DNA of 64,000 nt from NCBI GenBank assembly GCA_032718475.1, contig JAUCBJ010008582.1, positions 4,481 to 68,480 of the forward strand, read 5' to 3'. Positions within the stretch are counted from its first letter, which is position 1, and every line of letters starts with the position of its first letter. The stretch is from Nemertoderma westbladi. Lineage: Eukaryota; Animalia; Xenacoelomorpha. Below the pieces are notes generated by a model. The model was not told the origin of the DNA and did no database searches. It saw only the letters and a program-made list of their open reading frames with translations. Position numbers and translations under genes: made by a program. Of the stretch, positions 1 through 12,624 are shown piece after piece.

Positions 1-534
1 TGGAAGCGGACGGCGCAGACCCAAGAGAAGCTTGCGCCCCCTTTTGATCGGGTGGTATGTGTCCCAATGCTCCTCGCGGTTCTCTGGGAAGTGACACCGT
101 ATCTCGAGTAACTCGAATAGTCGGCTCAAATCCCTTTCGTTCTTCAATGTTAAGAGTTTTCTTTAATTGTTGGCTCACTTTCTGAACCCTTATGATCCTG
201 TTCTGTCCGTCCTCCCGAGGGTGACGTGCAGACGGCGCAACCGGAGTGGCTGGTATGTCGGTCGCCTCTAGGATCTCCTCTTCCTCGAATACGCTCGACC
301 ATATACGTTTATGGTAGAAGGCGGCTCGGTACGCCCATGCGACTGTTAACCAAGCTCCCTGGTTTCGCTTTTCAGTTCAAAAGCGGTAGAATTCACCATA
401 CGTGATACGATTAACGACTTTCTGGAAATTCCAAGTGTTCTTATTGTCTGGATGAATCTGCAATAAATATTCTCGCACGACCCTGAATCCACTATCGTGA
501 GGCACAATGTCAACTACCTCTATCAATTCATCAT
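1..534 (-). pseudogene. 3' remnant of the extra ORF (ORF3) in copy B
   Basis: Nearly identical to 12789-13322; joined at 535-542 to sequence matching 16837 onward. Confidence 0.9.
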
Positions 535-663
535 GTGTCAATGCTCCTATGTGACACATAAGGGTACTACCCTTTAATGTTCACATATAAAGACAATGGA
601 ATTCTACCGCTGTCTTTACTACAGTGTACAGGTACGTGGAAATCTATTTGGTAAACACATATA

Positions 664-1780
664 TTATTTACTAAGATTTGTTGGAGACTTATAATCTCCA
701 GACTCATTCCGAGTCTCTTCAAGAAGTACGAGACGTTGAGTCGGTCTGTCTACAGTACGACCGTCAATTGTCTGTACCATCACAGTCCTTGTCACTCCGT
801 CCATAGATGGGTGTATATCTAAAATAACACCAGTTAACCAGAAGCGTCTTTTTAAATTCACTTCTGCTAACAGTACATGATCGCCCGGTTTTAAAGCTCG
901 GGTGTTATTATACCAAGTAGTTCTGGCAGAAATAGAGGGCAAATAATGGTTTTGCCATATTTCCCAGAATTTGTTAGCTAGTAGTTGCGTGATTTTCCAC
1001 GCCTTTCTACCATAGCTATCGCCTTCCATTGGAATAGAAATAGGCATCAATGTAGTCGGTGCCTGCATTAGCAGGTGTGCTGGTGTTAAAGCAAACTGGG
1101 ATTGTTTGTCATCAGGTACTAATACTATGGGTCTAGTATTTAGTATTACCTCGATTTCAACAAACAATGTGGTCAATTGGTCGTCTGTCAAGATGTGGTG
1201 TACTGGAATGACTTTTGCCATGGCTGTTTTAATGGATCTTATCAGTCTCTCCATGGACTATCTGTAGGGTTAAATCTCCAAACAATCTTGTAAGGACGTA
1301 ATTCGTTGGAGATCTGATCGTGATCTAATTTCTTAAAGGCCCTTGCAATTTCATTTCGAGCACCAACAAAGTTTGTACCTTGGTAATATGAACTGCCCTA
1401 CTGGACATATATCAGTCCCCAACATTTTACTAGTATACATCCACATTTCGTATTTATGGGACCAAAGCAGTCAATTCCAGTCTCTGTGAAAGGTGGTCTG
1501 AATGCTTGTAGTCGTGCTTGTGGAAGTTCACTCATTTCTTGGGTACTTATTCTAGAATGTACCTTTTTACAAATAATACACATACGCGTCACTGAACTTA
1601 GCGCTTTACTGGGTCTAATTAATACAAATCTTGTACGTAAATGTGAAAGACAGTGGTGTCTTCCAGCGTGTTTTAGTTGTAAATGTGCGTCCAGTATCAT
1701 TGCACGTTGTAATTCGTGATGTTGTGGTATTATTATTGGGTATCTAAAGTCTGTATTAAAGTCAATGTTTTGAAGCCGAG
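664..1780 (-). pseudogene. BEL/Pao integrase, copy B, disrupted
   Basis: HHCC zinc finger (HLQLKH..CIIC), GIDCFGP, ERLIRSIK, LTPAHLL, DUF5641-like C-terminus; deletion near 1384 relative to copy A removes the SDQG motif. Confidence 0.93.
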
Positions 1781-2405
1781 ATTTATGACAAATTAAGCCA
1801 TTATAAATTTATCGGACTCCAACTCAATATTGGTGACGACTTGATTGGTTGACCTTGACTTATAGATGTGAATTTGCGTGCGAAATATCGCAATTGGTAA
1901 TGGCGAATTAATTTAATTTCACATCTGTCAATCTCAGTCGTGTAAAGTCGCGTTTGCCCTTAACGTATTGTACAAAACGTACAATCCACGCTAATTTTCG
2001 GCATGCTTTTGTCCAAGAATCTGTCAGGTTTACAATACGGTCGACATAAGTATTTATGACGTCATCAGGTAAGTCAGTGATAAGTCTGGAAGGTCTAGTT
2101 TTACTAGATGGGCCCACGGGTCCGCCGGTAGGTATTCCCTTATTGACTGTTGATCCGTCCGGGTCTACGAGTATTTTGTCCTTCTTCGTCTTCTTACCTT
2201 GATTGTCGGTACTTTGCGAGTCGATCCTTAATGGTGGTTTAAATTCTATAGGATCACTGGATTTCGGTAAACTTATGTTTCTGCCGATATTTATCCCAGG
2301 TCCCACCGTGGGTTGTAAGGTTGGTATGTCTCTTGAGCGCAAAGTAACACCTGTATTTACATTTGTATAGGTACTACCCACATCTGTAATACATGAGGTT
2401 TCACT

Positions 2406-5083
2406 CTACTTATGGTTACTCAAGAGTGTCAAATTTGATAGTTTGTCAATAGAAGGCCGCTCCAATAGAGAAACTGCGGCTTTACTATGTATTGATGTGT
2501 TACCAATGTCTGGTGACATATCTGGCGAAATGTCTGGTTGACCGTCTGGTAACATGTCTGGTTGATCATCTGGTAACATGTCTGGTTGACCGTCTGGTAA
2601 CATGTCTGGTTGATCATCTGGTAACATGTCTGGTTGACCGTCTGGCGATGCATCTGGTGAAGAAAGGCTCGCAAGTCTTCCGTTTTTAACTTTATAAGTT
2701 ATATTTTTCCTTTTCGCCTTTGGTTTCTTCTTAAGTTTCGCCGTCGTCTTTTTCTTTGCTTTCCCTTTCTTTGGTTTTTTAATTTCTGCGTCCTTAGGGA
2801 TAGTGTTAGACTTATTATTGTATAATGGCGGCCAATGTTGTGATGATCTTTGTAAGAATTGTGGTCCATGTTGCCAAAATTTCTTGTTCTCCGGTTTACA
2901 GAACTCCTCGGGCATCATTCCTCATGACGCAATATCAGCTGGATTTTGTGGTCCGGGACAATGTCGCCAATCTTCCTTTATTGAACGGTCTAAAATTTCC
3001 GCACGACGGTTAGCTACAAATGTCTTAAATTCAAGTCTGTCGTTGTTTATATAAAACAAAACTAACGTCGCGTCAGTCCAATAAAATATCTGTAAACTTG
3101 ATTGTAGTTCAGTCTGTATAAGGTTTACAATGGTAGTTGACAAGGTTGCTGCTTGTAGCTCAGCGCGTGGTGTCGTCATATACTTAGTAGGCATGGTTTT
3201 AGCCTTAGAAGTAATGAGCGATACATCAAACTCGTCTAAGTCTACTTGTCTACGCAGATACGCTGTCACTCCAAAGCCATTGTCACTGGCGTCAGAAAAA
3301 CAATGTAATTCTAAATTGTCAGGAAATGTCGATTGTAATGGAAAATACACCCAGGGTATGGAATAATCTTCTAGTGAAGACAATTGCGCCTTCAAGTTTT
3401 CCATAAGTCTACTTGTTCAGATGAGATCGGTTCGTCCCATGTCAGTCCATCTTTCCAGATACTGCGCATATATATGCAGGCTTGCAGTATTATTGGGCTG
3501 ATGAAACCTAATGGATCAAACAATCGACTCAACTTTGATAAGCAGGATCTCTTGGTCAGAGAACCTCCTTGATCATCCAATCTCACTTTTACTTTAAAGT
3601 TGCCTGTGTTGGGGTCCCAAAATAATCCCAACACCTTGGTCATCGGTAGTGGTTCAAATTCTAGATCTATGTCACCACCCCCACGCTCAGTCGTTTCGAA
3701 CGAATTCACCAATTCGGTGCTGTTTGAAGCGAACTTGGTTAGATTAAAACCTCCAGTTGCTAAACAGTCCCGTAGTTGATGTGCTACCGTTATAGCACGT
3801 TCTACTGTGTCACAACTCTGTAATCCATCGTCAACGTAAAAGTCTCTTTCTACAATTTTAATTATCTCTGGGTCATATTTGTGTTTCTGGTCCCTAGCGG
3901 TTTGTTTTAGGGCGTACATGGTACAATTTGGGCTATCTCTGGCACCGAATACACGAGCTTGCATTTGGTAAGTCGCCGGTGGTTGACTTAAGTCTCCATC
4001 CGGGTAACAGAGGAACCTCAAACTGTCTCTGTCTCGCTCTAACGCTCGCACCTGGTGAAACATTGCTTCCACGTCGCAAGTAAATGCTACTTGACGTTGG
4101 CGGAAGCGCATAATCACCCCCATGAGATAATTATTCATGTTTGGTCCGTCTATCAACTCACTATTGAGAGACATTCCCTCAAAAAGAGCCGCACAGTCGT
4201 TAACCACACATACCTTTTCTGGTTTGTCAGGGTGTCTCACATAGTGATGTGGCAAGTAGTATGTCTGATCTGTCACAATCTCCGGGTTTGTCATTCTGAT
4301 AGCGTACCCCTTTGTCAAATACGTCTCCATTTGAGTATTATACCTTAAATGGGCTTTCTCGTCCTTTAATAAATGTTGGCGTATTGAGTTTAAACGCTTT
4401 AAGGCTAGTGGATAGTTATTTATAAGTTTCGGTCGTTGGTTATGCCATAACATCCCTACCTCATAATGTCCGTCTTTCGTCTGGCGTATAGTATCCTCCA
4501 TGATCTTTAAAGATTGTTTTTCTTGTTCCGACATACATGGTTCGTAACTACCAGGTTTGGCGGTATCTTGCTCCAACCATTTGATAGTCTTCTCTGTTAA
4601 TTCTTTGTCCAATGCAGCTTGTTCCACTCGATAATTTCTTAGTGCGACGACATCGGCGGGTGTTTGTAACGTTCTTGGATTAGGTAGACTCGCAAGCCTT
4701 CCGGTGTTATCATCTGTCGTTGATGGAAACTCTGCTTGACGCGTCTCCTTTCCAATTTCCAAACTAACCTTGTGGATTGGTTTTTGCTCTTCATGACTTA
4801 GTGTATTCGCTACGCACGTCGTACCTGTAACATTGTCGTGTCTCGTCGACTGTTGCGTAGTATAGTCTCTTCCGTTTGAAAAAGAATGAGACAAAGTTGT
4901 AGTTAATAAACTACATGTACTTTGTACATCATCTTCCTCGTCACTCATATCTAGTGTGCGCACAGGCGCTCGAGTATACCAACCTATCGGAGTTCTACAG
5001 GCATAAGCGTTTCCTGCTACTACTACCGATGGTCTGGTTTCCCACACTTGATGCAAGTTGAATTGGTCTGTCCCGATCAACAT
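2406..5083 (-). pseudogene. BEL/Pao reverse transcriptase and RNase H (Peptidase A17 region), frameshifted
   Basis: YLPHHYV, DVEAMFHQV, FGARDSP, FYVDD, FDPLG; RNase H FSDAS, PRAELQA, WTDA, NPADIAS. Confidence 0.95.
2505..2657 (-). repeat. 24-bp coding minisatellite (PDGQPDML/PDDQPDML) in the RNaseH-IN linker
   Basis: Repeated tctggtaacatgtctggttga units; also present at about 18825-18952. Confidence 0.95.
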
Positions 5084-7130
5084 CGCTACTGATCTCTAAT
5101 TAACAGGACATTCTGGTACACCAAGGTGTCTAAAATACTTACGGTCCTCCAAGGATTGTTCTGGCAATGGACCTAGTAGGTTACTAAAGTCCTTTGCGGC
5201 CGCAAAGGTTAAATCCCTAAAAGGAAGCAAAGACCTCTCCTTTTCGCTATGTTGCGATTTTGGGAGAAGGGTGTCTAAGTTCAACTTAACTCTTGTCACT
5301 GGTATTGCACGTTGTCCATGCATACTACTTACGGTATATCTGACATTCTTCCCTTGTTGAAGGTCCGTTACGACGTCAGCTACCTTCTCATCCACGTAGC
5401 TGTGAGATGAGGCTGAATCTAGTATGGCGTAAATACGTTTGCTCCCCTTGGTGCCCGTAATCTTGACAGGAATTACACTGAATCCTTTCAGTTGATCAGG
5501 CGTCAGAAGTGCAATTGATGGTTGTTTGTCTCCAGTATACGCGTTGTCATCTTCTGACTCTTCATCCGAAGACCCGGATTGTTCTGGGAAACAATCCCGT
5601 ATATGCGTCACAAAGGTTGGTGTTGTTTTCGATTCTCGTGTTTTATATGCAGCATTACATTTTGCGGCTGCTTCTGGGTGTTCCCTGGTGAAGCGTTTCG
5701 TCGGTGTATGACTATCTGTGTGGAGTAACGCGTCATGGTTGTGTCCACAAGAAGGACAGGTGTCTGTATTTGGACAATCTTTACGGACATGTCCGTGTTG
5801 TGTACACCTCCAACAAGAATCTAATGGCCGTATTTGTAGCCGTCGTTCTTCAGAGTTTAACTCACGGAATAGTCTACATCCTCTCAATTTATGACTAGTA
5901 TGCCGCTTACCTATTCTTTCGCAGTATTGACAACCGCTGAAGTTGGCAGTTAGTTGCTGTCTGCTCTGTTTGATCCCTATTGGTGCGGACACTTTATAAC
6001 CGTCGGAAAATTGTTGGGTTTCTGTCGGTGTGGCGTAAGTGACCATCCTTGTGGATGTCGTCTGTGGTTTCTGTCGGTTAGAAGATGGCAATGTTATCCC
6101 CTCGGCTACTATATGTTGGTCGGTGTAGTTCGACCGAGTTTCGACCACTGCTTCCCTGGATATTAATAGGTAAACGTCTTCTAACTTTAAAAACCCACCA
6201 GTCTCTTCTCGCTGGTATTCGATCTTTCTCCACTCCCTACGAAGTCGATGGTTTGCGTAATCTAGTTGTCCGATTGATCGTAAAGTCGTAATGGAGTTCT
6301 TAATTTCGTCGGCTAACTTCAGTAAGTCCACAGGTTTGGTAATGGCTCCCCCTTTACAGAGTTCTTCTATTACCGACTTGGCCATACTTACTGTACCGCC
6401 GTAAATCGAAGTTTAAACGATCATAAGCCAACTCAAAGGCGTCTGGTACACCGACAAAGGTCTCTGCTAGACGTTTTGGTTCTCCCGTCAGTGTTTGAAG
6501 CAGATAATTAAACTTCTCTCTCGATGTAAAAGCGCAGGCTGCGATTTGAGATTCAATATAGTCCACAAATGTATGCCAATGTTTAGAATTACCGGAGAAC
6601 TTTGGTGGTTGCTGCACTGGTAGTCCTTGTCTGGCTGCGAATTTAGCTATCTCTTCAGCGACATTCAAAGTTTTGCATCCTTGTGTGGCAATCGAATTAA
6701 TTTCTCCTGTCCTGGACGTCTTTTCGGATACGAAGTATTTCCTGAGGGTACCGTCCTTTGCGGATCCTTCGGGTGTCTGGTGTGCTCGAATTCCATACTT
6801 ACTCTCGAACTATCGGTTTGAGCTTCCTCTAAACGTTCCTCAATCTGGGCCAACTTGTTAACAACTGGTCGCATTAGGTCGGCGAATTGTTGAGTGCTGA
6901 TCGCGTCTGTTGGTTGTAACGCTTTCTGTGTTGGTGTATTTTGTGGAGGATCATTTATAAAGGAATTTGTTGAATGCTCACGTTTGCATTCATCGGCCGC
7001 TCCTGTTCTAAACACCTCGCGTTCGGGGTATTCCGATTCGCTTGAAGTGCTACTATCACCTGGATACGGTGGCCGACGTGCTCGCGTCTGTTGTGTCGTC
7101 CGAATTCTAACACTTCGTTTTGAAACATCG

Positions 7131-7449
7131 TCTACTGGTCTCCGTTGTTCGGTAGGCTCGCAAGTCTTCCTCGAAGTCGTAGATTGCGATGTAAACTGGT
7201 TGAGTGGTCGCGTATCTACTGGTCTCCGTTGTTCGGTAGGCTCGCAAGTTTTCCTCGAAGTCGTAGATTGCGATGTAAACTGGTTGAGTGGTCGCGTATC
7301 TACTGGTCTCCGTTGTTCGGTAGGCTCGCAAGTTTTCCTCGAAGTCGTAGATTGCGATGTAAACTGGTTGAGTGGTCGCGTATCTACTGGTCTCCGTTGT
7401 TCTGTTGGCTCGCAAGTCTTCCTCGAAGTCGTAGATTGCGATGTAAACT
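7131..7449 (-). repeat. 84-bp coding tandem repeat (about 3.8 copies) in gag
   Basis: Encodes QFTSQSTTSRKTCEPTEQRRPVDTRPLN repeatedly. Confidence 0.97.
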
Positions 7450-8131
7450 GAATGTGTGGCCGCAGAATGGCGTTTGAATCTAAAGGCCTTGTAGGTCTAA
7501 ACACAGTTGGGTTGGCTTAGTGTGTGACAGGTTTGGGTGTCGAAGGTTGACTCACCTGTTTAGTCGTCAGTAATGTAGGTCCGGCTAATAAACTACTACG
7601 GTCCGTAATTGGCGGATTACTTACCTTGACTTTTGGAATAGGCGATGACGTTGCTCTCGGCGGTATAAATTTGTCCGGAATAACAAACCTGTGTTCCGTC
7701 GCATCGTGGATAGGAGATATGTTGCTACTACCCTCAATCGAAACAGATTTTTTAGACGTAATTGGTGCAAACATAGGAGTTACTTGAGGAAATCGTTGCA
7801 TTAATTCATTAACTAATTCTCGTCCTCTCTCGGGTGCCCTACACTTCCTTCCTTTTTTCGTTCCTGAATTTGGCGATGCCTTACCTCTATCCTGTCTAGA
7901 TCGTGTCCGTCTCGAGATCTCATCGATCGATCGTGGGCTTTAAGATCCAGATCCTCTTGGCATTGGCTAATTCTCTCGCCTTCCTTTCGAGTTCGAAATG
8001 AAGTTTAACCTCTTTCTCATGTTGTTCCGTTTGTTGTTGTTGTGCCTCGAACTCCGCTAGTCATATAGCTGATTGAGCCTTTATTTGTCGTTTTTTAATT
8101 TCGGCTCTTGCTTCTGAAACTAACCTTTGTT

Positions 8132-8265
8132 CTTCCAATTCCGCTGCTCGTCGTTCCAACTCGGCTGTTGCCGCTTGTCGTTCCAACTCAGCTGTTGCTG
8201 CTTGTCGCTCCAACTCAGCTGTTGCTGCTCGTTGCGCTAACTCAGCTGCTGCTGCTTGTCGTGCT
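8132..8265 (-). repeat. 27-bp coding repeat (AATAELERQ) in the gag coiled coil
   Basis: Visible in ORF 8061..9263. Confidence 0.85.
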
Positions 8266-11200
8266 ATTTCTAGCTCTAACCTTTCCATCTCAGCTGCTTC
8301 TAATTCGGCTGCTTCTTGTAGATGAGAGATTCTCGCAACATTTGCTACCCGTAGTTTCTCTTCCTCTACTGCTGCTTGTACCGTTAGCAATTGAGTTTGT
8401 TCCTCAATTTCTTGTTGTTGTCTGTAAAACTGTTGCTGTTGTCGAGAAATTTCTGATGTTATTATACTCACCTCGCCAATTTCGCTACGAATACTCACCA
8501 ATGATTGATCCAGTATTCCCAGTGCCAGTTCTGTCTGTACGGGTGAAGCTTCCCTCGTAGCCTCCGGCACGGTTTCCAAATCTCCGACATCTTTGCCGCA
8601 CATACGTAAGTGATCCGTCAGATATTTCAGTTGTCCATCCAGTCTATACAGTTCTTGTTCTTCCTCGGGCTGCAATAATTCATCGGAAACTGACTCACCT
8701 AGCAACTGGTAGCATTGTTCCTGTTGTATCAGTCTAACGGCCGTCTTAAACTGAATTAGTTTCTCCCTAGCGATCATTAATTTCTCGAGGATCTTAAACT
8801 GAGTGTCCGCATCCTGTCTTTGTCTAGCTAGATCTTGTAGACTGATTAGGTCACTTACGGACTTATGTACCTTACTTTGTACTCTAACCTGTAAGGTGTA
8901 AAACTCGAACCGGGACATCGGAGTGGTCAACTCGTTTAATATGCGTTGGCCTTCTCCAATACTCCTAGTAATATGCGCCATGTATCCTCCGACGCTTCTA
9001 ACAACGCTCTCTTGGCTTCCTACTGAACTAACCATATCCGTTTCCCTGTATCTAGGCTGCGGAACAGTTAGAAAATCCTCAGTCCTGCCGTCACCTCGCA
9101 CTACGGCATCCGGTACTCCCGTTGGATGTACTGGTGACGCACACGGTGTTGGTTCGGTAGGCTCGCGAGTCTTCCCTTGTGGTTCTTCCGCTACTGACTT
9201 ATCCGCGTCACATGAGTCATAGTCAGTAGGTGTATTTTTCGTATAGTCCTGTTTGTCACTCATTTCGGTAGTTGTAAGTCAAGTAAATGTGAGTGTCAAA
9301 ATATCGACTTACCGTATTTATATCAAAACGGTACTAATTACAATTCAAACATATAAAATTAGCCTAGCGGCCAATTTTACAGCAAATAAATGTCACAGAA
9401 TAAGTATATAATAAAATTAGCCTAGCGGCCAATTTTATAACAAATAAATCGGATAACGATATACATTATCAAAATGTAATTCAAACGCAAATAATACGGA
9501 CTAATTCAGCAATAAACAAAGAAATCGTACGGAATGCATAAATACCTGAGACAGTGGAACCCACAATAATTTTAACTAATACGGTAATGCCTAACTGATT
9601 AATGCAACTTTTCAAACTTACCCTCTCCAAAATTCTCCAGAAAAACAGATTCCCAGATACAAACCGGACGTGAACCTTTCCGTTTCCAGCGTTGCGGACG
9701 AAGTGCGATTTTCCCCAACCAAAGTTGTTGAGTTATCAATCTCCCAAACTTGCTAAACACGGTCTTGCTCTCGTTACAGTCTAGAAATGAGCTCTGAATC
9801 CTGAAAAACAAAAGAGTTTGGTTTTACTTTACGAAAAATATTGTACCGGTACAATATGGTATTTAAACCCTTTTAAACACCGGTATTTAATTCCAAAATA
9901 TTTTACACATGGTTCAAAATATGAATTGTATTCATTAATTAGCACTTAGCTAATCAAATACAAATTTTTACCTCAAAATACAAAATTTCTAAAATATTTT
10001 TAGTCCTACTGAACTATAGTTCAGTAAAACACATTCTGTGTTAAAATAACACATTCCTACTGTTTGATCGACCAGATCTACAAACATATTCCTACTGTTT
10101 GTAGATTCCGAAATCACATCTCTACTATATGTGAATCCTGCAATATCCTACTGTAAAGTCTGTGAATCATAAAACATAAATCCAACCTTCTCACCTAAAC
10201 AGTAAACTCTAAGTAAGCGAATCTATTGCAGTATCGGTCTCGTTAACCAGTGAGGCAGAAAACAGTCTACGAACGGACAAACTTCGATAATACAAAATCC
10301 CGCGCAGCGAATCCTAACAATCGTGCTGACTTGCTGACGGACTAAAGGCGCTCGTATACTTTGCCGCGGTGTGATTTATATGGGGTGGGGGTTGCTAGCT
10401 AAATATCTAACTAGCGGACGAACTGCGGCGTGGACAAAATTATTTTATATATTTCGAGGTGTAAATAATTCCTAAACGTGTGTGTGTTGAATTTTATAAT
10501 CGAATTTTAGTTTTGTATCCCTTCACATTATATAATTTACTGGGTCCGGTGTGCATTTTACAAATATTCTAATTTTGCGGTCTGTAGGTCTAATACTCAC
10601 AGATGATAAGGCTCCTTCCCCTTTTGTGTATTTCCAGGACTCAAATTCAGGCATAAGGTTAGTAACTACGCCCGGAATTCGGCAATTTAAATCTACCAGG
10701 TCCCTAATACTAAGAAGAAATGTGTTAGTTTACTACAGTAGGCATACAGTTACGATAGCTAGCCTGGTCTCCTATCTAGAATTTTGGTTGCCTAGGTGGG
10801 CGTGGCAACTTCTTATCAGGATGTCGGCGGGGACACGGTAGGTGTTAGTATCCCAGATAGCCCTAATTTGTAATGCGCCTAGCACAATAAACTGCCCGAC
10901 CACCTGACCGGTACAATCTTGATTCAGGCAAGACACGGTAAACTTCTCTTGGCCTACAGACTCCAATACAAGCAATGGACACCGTTGTACTACAAAATAA
11001 GCCACAAGCGCACCTATACACAGCAAATAAGTTAGGCGTACAGTTGTGATGTACCCTACCAATGTACATGCCCCGTAATGGTGTGCCTGCGTCCTATCTG
11101 TGTACCTGTATCTATTCTCTCTCTCTCTTTTACTCTCCCCCGTAGGAATGTGAAGGAGTACCGCGGGTTCTGCCAGAATCAAAACAGTACAGTTCCTAAA

Positions 11201-11429
11201 TTTAAATTTTGGTGCACAGCGTGTCACTACGTCTACCTTTGATCTCAGGTCTTACACTTAGGTAGCAAGGCATCAAACGCTGTCTAACCTTTCAGGCGAT
11301 GGGCGAAGAACTATGAATCGATATTGTGGGTGGTCTCCTTTCTACATTCCACCGATGTTCCCGTTCATTGCTGCGGCCTGCTGCTTAACCTGCCATCTGT
11401 CCCTCAGTTGGGTTCACCGTGGTGAATCA

Positions 11430-11993
11430 TGTTAAAACAGATGTAACAATAATTCTAACTTTATTACAAATAGCAAACAAATTACGAAGATAAAGCACAA
11501 AGATAATCTAGTGATTAAGATTGATAACTAATTGCACAAACGCACCTTTATATAGTAAATTAGTGCTGCCAATAATCTAGATAAATCTAGATCATTCTAT
11601 AGGTTCCATTACGTTTTTAAAGATAACCATTGGTCCAACAAACGAATAACTTGCACGACATTGGTTACTGTCAAATAACTGCAATTACATTGGTTAATCT
11701 ACCTTGAGCAGATACAATTCAATCGCAGCGGTCAATTCAAATAAGTTGAAAATTGGCACAAAAAACAATTTACACCTGCTAGGATTTGAATTCGATACCT
11801 ATCAAACGATTTTCTAACGCATAACCCACTGAGCTACTGAACCACTTGAATAATGTTGTACAAATAGCTATACCAAATGCAAATGAGAACTTAATGCAAT
11901 CTTATAACATATGAACCTATCAAATAATGCAAATTAATTCCAACTTATTAAAATTTTGAAATTTCACAGCTTTTGTGAGGATATAATTCTATA
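11430..11993 (-). repeat. LTR-B, shared between tandem copies A and B (about 564 bp)
   Basis: Matches 19598-20006 plus 24217-24372; similarity ends exactly at 11993/24372; three CCAAT boxes, TATATAAAG and AATAAA on the minus strand; the 3' boundary (..TTAACA) is inferred. Confidence 0.85.
11760..11843 (-). promoter_or_regulatory. tRNA-like Pol III cassette (A box, B box, T-run) inside LTR-B
   Basis: A box TAGCTCAGTGG (11826-11836), B box GAATTCAAATCC (11782-11793; GAGTTCAAATCC in LTR-A), tRNA-like spacing, downstream T6. Confidence 0.75.
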
Positions 11994-12099
11994 CCGCTCC
12001 ATGAAAACAGGATATTATCATGCATAAAATATACGGTTTTCACCAATAATTACAAATCAAATTATGAAATACTTAGAGCGTACATATTTAAGGCTTTAA

Positions 12100-12560
12100 T
12101 TAAGTAGATACAATTTCCAAATATAAATCTAAATTACATTCACCAAATATAAATCTATTGCATCTCAAATATTGCATAAATTCAAAATAATTACAAATAC
12201 AAATAAATGAAATCTTAAGAAAGGCTCGCGAGTCTTCCGTCCACCCTTTGCCTCTCAAATATTGCATAAATTCAAATAATTACAAATACAAATACTTTCG
12301 TACCTAAATATAAACAATTTCACTTTGTACCTAAATATAAATTGCATAAGTTCGGAATAATTACAAATATAAATCTTTCTAAATATAAATCTTTCAAATA
12401 TAAATTGCATAACTTTCTAAATATAAATCTTTCAAATATAAATTGCATAACTTTCTAAATATAAATCTTTCATACCTAACTAAAATATGCATCTTTATAT
12501 AATGCTAATAAATGAAATCATAAGAAAGGCTCGCGAGTCTTCCGTCCACCCTTTGCCTTC
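12100..12560. repeat. AT-rich 3' UTR repeats of element 1
   Basis: aaatataaatctttcaaatataaattgcataactttct units, plus a duplicated block at about 12205-12252 and 12510-12558. Confidence 0.8.
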
Positions 12561-12624
12561 CATTTCATCGCTTTGTAGATTGGGCTCGGCCGCGTCCTCG
12601 AAAACTGCGTATAGGCGACTTTGC

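Larger units (their letters stand above)
5096..9263 (-). pseudogene. BEL/Pao gag plus aspartic protease, disrupted by stops and frameshifts
   Basis: Coiled-coil N-terminus (8061..9263); DUF1759-like PPKFSGNSKHWHTF (6354..6668); three Cys/His knuckles (CQYC..H..C, CWRCTQHGHVRKDC, CPSCGHNHDALLH); protease AILDSAS (5096..6385). Confidence 0.9.
1..11429 (-). mobile_element. BEL/Pao LTR retrotransposon family 1, internal copy B (gag-pol retained, most of the extra 3' ORF deleted; runs off window start)
   Basis: Domain order gag-PR-RT-RNaseH-IN with Pao-type motifs; near-identical to parts of 12700-19597; preceded by LTR-B. Confidence 0.95.

Noticed and set aside
7131-7449. 84-bp repeats as a CRISPR-like array
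   Set aside because: Head-to-tail units with no unique spacers, in frame within gag, in a eukaryotic context
10772-11227. 151-aa ORF in the element 1 leader as a gene
   Set aside because: Non-ATG start, no recognisable motif, truncated in copy A, no counterpart in element 2
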